A program made the position numbers and the translations under genes. From a virus (Duplodnaviria > Caudoviricetes), in IMG/VR virus record IMGVR_UViG_3300030419_007944, positions 1 to 55,831 of that record: a stretch of DNA of 55,831 nt. One strand, given 5' to 3'. The notes beneath the pieces were generated by a model. That model did not search any database and was not told the origin of the DNA. It worked only from the letters and a program-made list of their open reading frames with translations. Below, piece by piece: positions 11,801-20,300 of this stretch (positions are counted from its first letter, which is position 1; the number at the start of each line of letters is the position of its first letter).

Positions 11801-14800
11801 CTATTTCTTTCTTTATCTGCGCGTCACATTCCTCTTCGGTCAGACCTTGCGACATCAACTCCTTGCAGCGAATATCATATTCATAATCCGGAAGATTGCA
11901 ATCTCCTAGATCAATAGGGTCTACGCCCTGTATAACATTGCAAATATCCAAATTAGGCAAAGCCTCGCCCATCTGCAGAAAGACAGTTGCGACGTCATCC
12001 ACAGATTCAAAAACAGAAGATAGCTCTGGATATGCAGAAAAATGTGCAAAAACGTCTTTCAAAGTTTTCTCAGTCGCGTCCCCTTGCAAAAGCGCACAAA
12101 GTTGACCTGGCGAAAGTTTGTCAAACAAGTCGTTGGTTGGGTTTAAAAATTCTTCTATTGGCAAGCCTGTGTCTCGCATTGCCGCGGCCAATGTCGGAAT
12201 AGGGACAGTTTCCGGAGTTATAGATCGACCAGATGGTCCGATGTCGTCCTCTTCGAAACACTTTTGTAAAGCGTCCTTGATTATAACACTAAGAATCTGA
12301 CCAAGCATTAAACCAATCATATTCAGGGTAGCATGTAGCAACAGCCGCCCATAATTTCCTATTAATTTATCAGTTGTAAGCTGATCCGCGAACTTCATTG
12401 TTGGAATAAGAGTTCTTGGATTTAGAATTCTCTTTAAATTATCCCAGTAGTTTGTACTCCAGTCACCCAAATCCATCTTGCCAACGCCTCGCATCAATTG
12501 AAGCAAAGGCCCTACTAGCGCTTCGCAGATCTGCCCTAGATCTAAGCCAGCATCTATTAACTTTCTATAGAATTCTTCAGCAGCTTTTCTTCTAGAACTT
12601 TTCTCCTCTTCCGTCTCGGAATTTGGTAGTTCTCGATCCACATTAATAGAACTTGCAAGACGAGATTCGTCAGAAATCCCTGCCTGGCCAGGGGACTGAA
12701 GATAATATTCATATTGAGATTCGACTGGCTCTAGCATGCCTTGTATAATCAAATTTGCATTGATTTCGCCGTCTGAATAGCCCGCATCTTTTATTCTTTG
12801 TTTATGATCCTCAATGGACAATTCATCAAAATTTGATGATGTCTTTAGTTGAATATCTACCCCCTGTCGTTCAATCTGTAAAATAGCTTCCACAATTGAC
12901 GAATCATATTTTTCACTAATAGCTAGTGCGGTAGCTGTCGGCGCATCTTTAAACAGTGGATTTAATTTATTACCAGAAACAACATAAGAAAGATCTTCCT
13001 CTTTTAAGATCGATCCATCTGAATACTTGTCAATAATTGCATTTGATTCTTCATCCAGCAAAAACGATGGGTCACCCAGCATAGGAGCCAGGTGTGGGAA
13101 AATATCAAGAATATCCTTTCTAATCTGGCTAACGCCTCGCAACTCAATGAGTTTTATTATCGCCTCTTCGCACAAAGCGGCTGCTGTCAGCTTTACGCCG
13201 AGCTTGTGTTGTAGGCATGCCATAAGCAGCGCCATAAGGCTAGCCGGATCGAGCCCATGGAGCACAGAACCGTAAAATATTTTAAATGCCCCGGAAGAAC
13301 CGGCATTCTTTGAAGCAACCTCAAGTTGATCTGATTTTTGTTGTAGAGCTTTTTTAGTTGATTCTGGATCTGTTGCTGGCGTTGGTTTACCCCATTCTTC
13401 ATAAAAAGCTTCCTTGCATTTGGGGTTGTTGGCCAAGATGTCATATAGCTTCTTTTGCTCACCTGAAATAACAGACCCTGTGAATCTTAGTTGTTCAAGA
13501 ATTTCTTTGCAATCTATCTTCTCTTCATCAAACCTGCGGTCGCGAGATGTATATATTTTCAACGGTGGAACCGTATAGCTCTGTAAGAAATCAAGCCACT
13601 TATCTTTTGCATCCTCTTTTGGGATGCTCTTGCCAAAAACATCTACTATATTTTTGTACATCATCAAGTAATGAAGTGTCCTAGATCCTTGGATGCCTTC
13701 GAATTTTGATCTAAACCAATTCAAAGCCTGTGTAGCCTCGAAGCCGGAACGCTTAAGCTGCTCAGGATCTATATAGGGGTCGAGATGCTGCAGATCGAAT
13801 AGTGTTTTTTCGACGGATCCAAGATCTGACCCGGGTGAAGGGGTGAGCATATCCGGAGAATATAAGATGTATGATATTGTCTGTCGCACATCTCCGCCAT
13901 CCTTGTTATTGTCTTTCAAGCCAATTTGTATCAAGTGATCTGGTGTGCTATCGACATGTGTACCTTGGGAAACATACCGCAAGGCTAAAGACTCCTTATC
14001 GGTTGCAACAGGAAAAGCTTGTCGAGCAAGAAAATCGTCTAATAAAGTTGGGAATTTCTTTAAATTTTCAATCTGCTGTTGGGGGTCCCAATCAATGTCA
14101 TTAGGATTCTTTATCACTCCGCCAGTTTGTTTATGAGCGTCATGTCTTGTTTTTATATCTTCAAAAATTTTCACCAAAGAATCAACAGCAGGGCGGACTT
14201 CTTTAAGTCGCATAGAAAAAGCGTAATTACGTCCAGTTGAAAATTCTGATTCTTCAGAAAAATTTCTTCCGTATAATTTCTTCGAATCGGGGAATGCGTC
14301 GATATAACTTACAGGTATCGCAAAAAGAACCTTTTGATTGTTAGGATTAGGGCCTGCTGTAGCAAGATTTGTCTCGACAGGAATAAAGTACTCCTCTTTA
14401 AGAGACTTATATAAAGTACCATCGCCTTTCGGTGTATCTAGACTTTTATTAAGATACTTCAATAAATCATCGAATGCTTTATCTCTGATTTGTACAATCG
14501 TTTCATTCTTTGCCTCGCCCTTAGTCTGTTCAAGTTTCTCCTTGTAAGAGTCAGACCCAATATCTATATTAGGCTCGGCAACTTCCAACTCTTCTTGAAG
14601 TTGTGCGGTATCCTTTCTGGCGCCGTCGCCAACTATAAAATAAAAATATCCTTCCGAATAGCGCAAAGTTGGCTTAGATTGAAGATTCTTTGCTTCATAT
14701 TTTGTACCTTCATTGGTCTTGGCAAAATTAAAATAAGCCATACGGACATCGAGCGGATCAAGCCCTTTCCATTTTAAATTCGAATCAGAAATTAAACTTG

Positions 14801-15974
14801 TTCCATCTGGCAGCTCTATAAAGGGATTTTCAAGCTCTGGTTCGCCTACACCATGTTTTTTATAGTTCACCCTCTTTGAGACGAGCGGATCAGCTAGCTG
14901 GGCGCCGACAAGACGACGTACGTATTGAGATTTAGTGTATAGAGGCCGAGTAAATTTATTTGTAATTTGACTTAATTTACTTCTTGTGATTTTCTTTTGA
15001 TTAGGCTCTCCGAATAAAGGTATAGGGTCTATATCTGTATCAGATATTTCGCCTTCGTCCACTAAAAAGCCAACCCAAATTCCAGTCTCTGAGTGTACCA
15101 CTTCTGTGACATGAATTCTGGTACCTATGGGAAATTCAACCCCATCACTTTCATAATTATTGTCGCCTTCTTTAGGCCTCACAAAATTACCACTACTGTC
15201 AATCAAATAAAAGTCAGGATCATCCCAGCCAACTTCAGTCACTGTTTCATTTTGTGGATCGCCCTTTGAAGGCGAAGTCCTTACGGGCACATAAGGACGA
15301 TTCCTCCGGCCGCCGGACTTGCCAGGAGCAAGATTTAAGCCAATATAGTGATTGGATGTAGCTGCCGAATTAAAGGCCATGCTGCTTTCAAGATCTGCAT
15401 CATCTTGTATTGTCTCTGGGCCTAGGAGATTAGTAAAAGGTGGTGGCTTTATTTCTCTTCTTGTCGTTATGCCGCCATATTTTGTTTCATCTAGAAAATC
15501 AATAGCCGCAGTAATAGCATTGTTATAAATGCCGACAAATTCCAACACATCGTCGGCATCTCCCAGCGCAAACAAGCTCTTAAGGTAGTATTCGTCCCTA
15601 TAAAGTAGCTTGTTTGCCAGCGCAATCTTTAAATCTTCAACATATGTAGCAACTTTTGGAGCTAAAATTTTCTTAAAGAAATCAACATCATCTTTATTTG
15701 GGTCGCACGTAGGGCAGAGAGGGCCCTCGGCAAATCCGAGAAAGCCGTCGCTGGTGTCTTCAAGAAACTGTTGTGAGTTTTGTGCAATAAAATTTAATTT
15801 ATCAAGCAAAGACTGTGCTTGGACAAGGTCATCCTGAGCTATTAGGCCAGAGCCATCAGGGGGAGACCATGCAAGATCAACAGTGGGCGCACCAGTGAAC
15901 CAGCCAGATCGCGTCTCTTCTAGCGCTAGTTCAACAAATGTTTCCCATTTTTGCTTTTCGTTTTCGTAAGACAT
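5886..15974 (-). CDS. Giant hypothetical protein (3362 aa), probably a virion/baseplate component
   Basis: Uninterrupted 10-kb ORF between the gp5-like and gp25-like genes. Acidic, with a C-terminal coiled coil and a hydrophobic segment. Confidence 0.7.
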   Translation of the reverse strand: MSYENEKQKWETFVELALEETRSGWFTGAPTVDLAWSPPDGSGLIAQDDLVQAQSLLDKLNFIAQNSQQFLEDTSDGFLGFAEGPLCPTCDPNKDDVDFFKKILAPKVATYVEDLKIALANKLLYRDEYYLKSLFALGDADDVLEFVGIYNNAITAAIDFLDETKYGGITTRREIKPPPFTNLLGPETIQDDADLESSMAFNSAATSNHYIGLNLAPGKSGGRRNRPYVPVRTSPSKGDPQNETVTEVGWDDPDFYLIDSSGNFVRPKEGDNNYESDGVEFPIGTRIHVTEVVHSETGIWVGFLVDEGEISDTDIDPIPLFGEPNQKKITRSKLSQITNKFTRPLYTKSQYVRRLVGAQLADPLVSKRVNYKKHGVGEPELENPFIELPDGTSLISDSNLKWKGLDPLDVRMAYFNFAKTNEGTKYEAKNLQSKPTLRYSEGYFYFIVGDGARKDTAQLQEELEVAEPNIDIGSDSYKEKLEQTKGEAKNETIVQIRDKAFDDLLKYLNKSLDTPKGDGTLYKSLKEEYFIPVETNLATAGPNPNNQKVLFAIPVSYIDAFPDSKKLYGRNFSEESEFSTGRNYAFSMRLKEVRPAVDSLVKIFEDIKTRHDAHKQTGGVIKNPNDIDWDPQQQIENLKKFPTLLDDFLARQAFPVATDKESLALRYVSQGTHVDSTPDHLIQIGLKDNNKDGGDVRQTISYILYSPDMLTPSPGSDLGSVEKTLFDLQHLDPYIDPEQLKRSGFEATQALNWFRSKFEGIQGSRTLHYLMMYKNIVDVFGKSIPKEDAKDKWLDFLQSYTVPPLKIYTSRDRRFDEEKIDCKEILEQLRFTGSVISGEQKKLYDILANNPKCKEAFYEEWGKPTPATDPESTKKALQQKSDQLEVASKNAGSSGAFKIFYGSVLHGLDPASLMALLMACLQHKLGVKLTAAALCEEAIIKLIELRGVSQIRKDILDIFPHLAPMLGDPSFLLDEESNAIIDKYSDGSILKEEDLSYVVSGNKLNPLFKDAPTATALAISEKYDSSIVEAILQIERQGVDIQLKTSSNFDELSIEDHKQRIKDAGYSDGEINANLIIQGMLEPVESQYEYYLQSPGQAGISDESRLASSINVDRELPNSETEEEKSSRRKAAEEFYRKLIDAGLDLGQICEALVGPLLQLMRGVGKMDLGDWSTNYWDNLKRILNPRTLIPTMKFADQLTTDKLIGNYGRLLLHATLNMIGLMLGQILSVIIKDALQKCFEEDDIGPSGRSITPETVPIPTLAAAMRDTGLPIEEFLNPTNDLFDKLSPGQLCALLQGDATEKTLKDVFAHFSAYPELSSVFESVDDVATVFLQMGEALPNLDICNVIQGVDPIDLGDCNLPDYEYDIRCKELMSQGLTEEECDAQIKKEIEDLENTVKDMASLLFNSDAGGGNVLDGVLPEPCGPQGFFQLPEAIQDSVERVTDNILTFAKGSLMEDLRSLRFFSMPPRALLTVSDPEEMREAHKMFTDAVSDPYIKQCVAYVCGNAGPTSQHFKTPLNETYNLTYGKYFHYGYDRNDPDDNHAASESANMPGFASDQLDVRFEHAASQSSTKNAGRYFSTIKPLTIESVYNLYDANHKKQKVPSDIKKAAGLLKDLYLQTPAAEGGYGLQEDEQLPDDAQVDTEEVSAFLVKQFGEIIKPMFGTGDDRYGLDAFVYTPDIVFRLDRKLGYSNDSKMYEYLPVSPWRNKSGETSFKDDSGAIQAKNKNHYGMQEAWLHKVYPLDTKLIDIHQNPLYWLPMCQMYLGAFIDEETKTLERGSGTPEHLDSWRGVKAAADRLLQVRSTQSLSEDTTLVERFMELTVAEATGLEKSRIEKMFPEFSNFSAIKGVIFGLGINRLHLVDTDPASTEDGIRHVLDGAAHSSATVFYNTTGICPIMVMFEEGFRDPNNILNKDADELTSHFSMENKKVNPELYDSLQMPEIYPPSFGYSPGVANAYEDQLLLEDKANFNPNVIMYDLPFTEIQPKEVAGINASQQRDQMLELFTNGMDTVDSDIISITDQLQWLQQDHKLVYQNMLSDFDGHREWQESDIYDTYTLIKSKLKQTSYSSAQGEVGSLPPDPIRDGASTLDRPLYNYLHAKKLDDDIQDLLKEIGMSSTDEILDNWQSISDVFGDLVSVHQDVAGTDYLRLDTLPGNAYNLVKSNFKAQIFGKLLTHKYRKFAEKYNSSPPEVFDKRLEFILSRYGYSALQYAYSNQMLSKLSQSRLHERKFMKKLWKKILRNPLNKSKVDPRCRQVFDELGVVPRKDLENVETDFFNLKEVKPKIIKFYKKSVCRDVYEDVAQEENAVKKSLIEGVIMLLVKVYCLEMCLASLISWDSIDVSEVFKDSAIAGIIIRNIREDIPEIGLLAEYVNDIIRKEEGITDYESFLLRTKTSGLEYLISKEGENIASVIKGIFSNSSPLSTDLQLNIVRTSDPDFLKKNEKRLAEAQADEDSWKTSLKTGWDPYLGGYDYVVDVHFNQNIYTMNYGSGKRGGYYTIGDSNLEDAVHAHGDPYLQSMRLDSDSTWSEVYENPSDLFGMNSKNNQKNYMYSLPLNYHPRPWSAAPHWSQKAGKDFSATRYDDYSSTDGFDPFIVGSPTAEDVEEASEAMEHVGWNNFKELLLHHDRQPFSWDTPNKTLRDEIIDNRPDSWGSPRELAKQDRVFQEKYLGHFLPSSKENFLDGTIRNSLNEKLGNIIIQPYVYIVDSTSVDREKLDVKVYQQVGPDGEPCDDPVLQHEFTVDSVLGPDPIHAEWRSGNNFYNAHVYDYVPFSVWNHYYRHVFLKDIYSDPDKKLIFLEHGLYPFFKEIRFGLRMSYITSRPIADVQDDGFNFWPTLHSWLSLDAIKRGKTFVNQAPYLNTTKESHDNFSGKSVLREIHIPIIETEHTLSFLDEQGIPLARSFNVDGKNYSLNELGRLPGAHDLGGYTGGAGPRIDNVPPVDASAEKVHEWLLSNPKIVQSYVNSADQFYYKNLAKVQLENLKATPEFRLLFENLFPMRRYMTLAFLYAGDGLSKFIPEPTDILDETKYSLLLTLKSLLESSDYKFVPDPIKQTLEELAIAGDMGVDTNVPNLRKQILRILIMTPLHILKGFVEITDPAVMIAKLVVDIATAISESVIAALEQSVALSEQTINNTIMKVENAKRQIEMQLSAGAIPIQMAIDNLPGELKPDPAKQQPGIATVNIVGSAVKDWEIIIHPECADAEGDAPCYNFPSSEILGDIDVTELKTTIDSIKEDVEALEQMKKDYLKLDEDLENTKQELQDTIVVMKRKIKNTKRKIKNTLGSPYMIPGLWAGMLPTWMPFGGGMPPVNPLFITGVGPPSTIPGMIYIALLLIGVYEEQQDDAMDTGADEDNPNCEDEL
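6127..6168. repeat. Imperfect 21-bp tandem duplication encoding KRKIKNT twice
   Basis: gtatttttaatctttct occurs at 6127 and again at 6148; the protein reads MKRKIKNTKRKIKNT. Confidence 0.8.
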
Positions 15975-15992
15975 CTTTACCTATATTATCAA

Positions 15993-17339
15993 TTAGTTTC
16001 CTTTATTGAATCTGCTGTTAATATATGTTGAGCCAAGTTCCATTAAATAATTTTTCTTAAAATTTGTTAAATTTGTGATTTGCTTAAGAACAGAAAAATC
16101 TGTTTTTGTTGTTGTCTCTATATTACACAAAAGATCGCTTATCATCGTCTCTCCTGACGGAAGAGTCGGATGAGCAAAGAACGTTGTAATATGCTTGTGA
16201 TTCGCAACAGCATTATTGAACTTTCTCTGATACTTTGTCCAAGCATGAAAATATTGTGCTAAATCTTCTATATAATCGACAATTTTAAATAATGCTTCAG
16301 ATAGATTGTCCCCCAATACTAGCGGCTGGAGACCGTCTTCGTCATTGTTGGCCATCAAATGAATTCCGGAAAATTGACGTACAGTGCCGCCTTGCGAATT
16401 CTTTCGATCCGTATTCGTTACCAGTTTTAAACTTTCTCGGCCGACCAGCCTTACGTTGTCGGCTTTAATCGCGATACCAGATTTTGCATCAGTTCTGAAG
16501 TAGCTTTCCTCGGCGCCGATAGAGAAATTTCTGTCAATATCTGTTTTTTGAGAAATAATAATCCTAGCTGCATCCAGGGCAAAATTAGGATTAGTATATG
16601 ACTTTTTTCCAGTTGCGTCGACCTGTTGCGGATTGTGGCCGCCTGCGCCAGCTACAAGGTCGATCGAGTCACATTGTGTGTGCCCCTTGCCTCCATAGCC
16701 AGTATGGAAGTGATTTACTCTGTCGTTTCCTAAGACTATAAAACAATTATTATCAGGTCCGCGTATCTCTAGTTCGCTAGGTACGCTAACACGATTTATA
16801 CGAGGCTGGATTTTCTTTTCTCCAAAAACACCCAATATGCCTTTATGCGCGCGCTCTTCCAAAGGCGCTTTTTCTATCTTTTTTCTAATATCAGGAGGTA
16901 GCCCTTGGAGATCGCGCGCCTTCTTAAGAAGGGCCTCAAGCTCTATAGGAGGCATAGCCATTAAATCTTCTAAAGACACTCCAGGGATATCTGGCGCTTT
17001 TCCAGCTTTATCAGCCTGAAGCTCTGCCACGCTTTGAGACGCCGTGCCTCCGGGGGCAGCCGGGTCAACTTCGGTGGGCTGGGGTGATGATGCTGGAGGC
17101 CCGGCGCCGACTGGAGATTTGGCTTGCGATGGGGGCACTCCGTCAAATTCCAGACCTTCGTCAATTTTTTGTAAAAAATAACTGTCTGCTTCAGCTTGGT
17201 CTGTAAAAGACTTCTTTTCTACCAGAGAGCCATTCTCATCAAATACTTCAAAATGATAGTTTGTCTGTAGTCCGTCTTTCGTTGAGTTATTTACCTGATA
17301 TGTTTTAACCTGTCCGCCGGCTGCGATATCAAAGTCCAT
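15993..17339 (-). CDS. Baseplate hub/spike-like protein (gp5 C-terminal beta-helix-like)
   Basis: IVLGNDR, DAARIIISQKTDID, IAIKADNVRLVGRESLKLVT and QPLVLGDNL form a repeated beta pattern; HKH near the C-terminus resembles a spike-tip metal site; baseplate context. Confidence 0.55.
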   Translation of the reverse strand: MDFDIAAGGQVKTYQVNNSTKDGLQTNYHFEVFDENGSLVEKKSFTDQAEADSYFLQKIDEGLEFDGVPPSQAKSPVGAGPPASSPQPTEVDPAAPGGTASQSVAELQADKAGKAPDIPGVSLEDLMAMPPIELEALLKKARDLQGLPPDIRKKIEKAPLEERAHKGILGVFGEKKIQPRINRVSVPSELEIRGPDNNCFIVLGNDRVNHFHTGYGGKGHTQCDSIDLVAGAGGHNPQQVDATGKKSYTNPNFALDAARIIISQKTDIDRNFSIGAEESYFRTDAKSGIAIKADNVRLVGRESLKLVTNTDRKNSQGGTVRQFSGIHLMANNDEDGLQPLVLGDNLSEALFKIVDYIEDLAQYFHAWTKYQRKFNNAVANHKHITTFFAHPTLPSGETMISDLLCNIETTTKTDFSVLKQITNLTNFKKNYLMELGSTYINSRFNKGN

Positions 17340-17348
17340 TTCGTTTCC

Positions 17349-20300
17349 TTATTGTCCGTATTCAGCTGCCACTTCTTCTATATCGTCCCACTTTATAAGA
17401 CGACCTCCTAGTGATTCTCCGCTCCAAAAATGAAAATGCATATGATCGTCAATATTTGCATCAGACCAAGAAACTGCGTTCACTCGCGCAACGACGTCTT
17501 TTATGCCATATATAGCATCTATTCTTCTTTGCTCGGCGGGACTCCATATATTTCCACCTCGCCATCTTCGCTTCATGAAAAACGAGTTACCCCACTTCAT
17601 GCCAGATAATTCACAAAATGTTAACATCCAAAGTGTGGGGTTGGCGCCTACTGGAACAATCGTCGAACCATCGGCAAATTCCATAACATCTTCGTAGCTA
17701 TCTTCTGTCTTTCTATATCCATCAGTATCAAAAAGATCATCCCATTCTTCTGCCTGGCGCAGACGCCGGCCGAAGCCAAAAAAATCTTCATATACATTAT
17801 CGCTGGTGGTTCCAAAATCAAAACCTACAGTAGGATTATACCATGGCCCATCCCAGTATTTTCTTCCGCGCCAGACTCCAAGACGTTCAAGTTCTTCGCG
17901 GTGTTTATCAATATCGGGAGACCACATACCAGTCCATGCACTGAAGAAGGGATCGCCGGCAGAGTAGCCATTTATGAATGGATCAACCGATAAAGCAAGG
18001 CCTAGAGAATATAGCGACAGGCCAGATTTATAGGCAGTCACGCCGCCTCGGCCGGCGGCACCTTTTATACCCTCCATAATTCGAAAAGGCACATAATTTG
18101 ATTGAGCGCATGCGGCTGACCATGCTTTTTCTAGAATCGGCGCAAGGCAATTCCAAACAGGAGGAGATCGCAAATTAACAACTGTGTTGTCCGGGCCTCG
18201 GGCTTTATATCTAAAAGTGCCTGTTTTGTAGCCTATGCCAGCATTTAAAATTCCGGTCTTGTTTTTCGATGCATTGCTAGATGTCAACATTTCGCTTTTC
18301 TTAGGAAAAAATGGTATTAATTTAGCTAAATCAGAATAATTTTCAGGTACTGGAATTTTGGATTTGCAGTTTATTATTCCTAGAGACTCAGACATATCTG
18401 TCGACAGCAAAGATGGATCTGGGTATCCTCCCGCATTTAACGATCTTAGACTAAAAGGATTAACAACACACTCAGGGTCTCGCCCAGATGGTTTGGCGGT
18501 TTTTAACTCTTCCTTCAAGACAGATATGGTTTTTTGTAGAGCAGATTTAATGCCTATAGAGCGTGCGACGTCTCCTAGATGGCCGTGACTTTCAGCGTTT
18601 CCTGCAATGCCAATACTTATTTGTAACTTTTCTAAAGTATTAAAATGATAAACCCCAAAAGCTTGATTATAATTCTTCCAAAGCTCTTCATGATTAAAGT
18701 CTTCTATTGTCTGCTCTGTTGCGGTAAGTGCTTCTTCAAATCCCTTGAGGGCGGCCTCTACCAGTTCTTTGTCTGAGCCGACATTGTTTATCACATCTTG
18801 ATGGGCTGACAGTGTTGACAATTCATAGTATCGCTTGCGTGCATTTAGATACTTTTTATATCTAGCCTCCAGCGGGCTCCCGGAGTGAAAAACCAATTTT
18901 TCCTTATCATTACAATATACTGCATAAGGCCTCTCATTATTAATCTCCAGGGTGCAAAGATTGTCGCCACCATGGCCAAAGAAGGTGCCAGTGGGGTTTC
19001 CCTGGGCGGCAAAATCATATAAAAACTCTTCAAACGATGAAATCACAGCATTCAAAAGGATCAATTCTTTACTATATATTGCTTTCGCAGCATTCCCCCT
19101 CTTCGCGGCAAGAGCTTGGGCATGATTCGGCATTGTGCCGGCTCCTGGCTGTTCTCCTGCTCTCGAAATAGATTTTTGTGGAAGAGTAATGTCTTTGAGG
19201 AAGGTGTTCTTCATAGACATGACATATCCAGCCGGGGGCCAGGGGCTTGTATTTGTAACAAATAAATTCACACTATTCCTTGACAAGCTTGCACCATCTA
19301 CAAGGGCAGAAAATTTCTGTTCTCCGGGGGCGCCAGAGGCCTTATACGTTTGAGAAAACTTTTCACCCAAGCCAATTTTATTAAAAAATTTCTTTGCTCC
19401 GGGATTTACGCTAGTAAAAGGAGTTACATAATTAAACTCAATCGTCTGAGTGAGGTCCTCTGTTTTAAATAGGAGATAATCCTCATAAATTGTATAAGAT
19501 GGAATGGAGGGAAATAGATGATAGCTATCATTGTCCATTCCCGAATCAATAAAATCTACACGATTAATATCAACATTTCTAACACCAGTTTCTGCCCGAG
19601 AGTGAGAAGGGCTATTAGAAATTCTCTGCACCATGGAGGCGAAGTTCACGCCGCCTAGGCCATCGGCCAATATAGAGATATATGAAATTTTATCTCGTAC
19701 ATTTCCTAAATGTTCGTTTAAAACACCCACCACTTCTTCGTGAAAAAGTCCAAAATTACCGCCAGTAAAAGATCCATCAAAAGTTGAAAATTCTCTCTCT
19801 CTGAGACGTGTCACGCTTAAAACAGATTCATTAAGAAAAGTCTCTGTGGGAGTGAATCCGGGATCTTCGAAAAGATCGGTGCCTCCTAGGCCCTCCTTAT
19901 ATCCAACGCTGATAGGTATATCATCTAAATATTGTCTAATGACAGATAATAATTTTTCGTTCTGTATACCTTCAGGATGGACTCTCACAAGATTAATGTC
20001 AGGAGGAGAATGAGATATTCCAGCGCCAATATTTGCCCCAGTTAAGAGCCCGCTTAGGCGATTGGCGCCGCCATCGTGAGCCATAGTGCCAAAACCTCTT
20101 GAATACATCATCTCGGGAATAACCAGAACAAAATTTCTCCCTTCTTTAATCAAATCTTTTATACCTGGGCCTAGAATATCACGAAAGTCGTTTGGCTCAG
20201 GGGTAGTTGCGGCGTCGCGTGCTTGAGCTGTAGTGGTGTTTGGCCCATTCACCCACGCATGTCCGAAGCCGCCTACATCATGAAAATAATATTTTATTTC

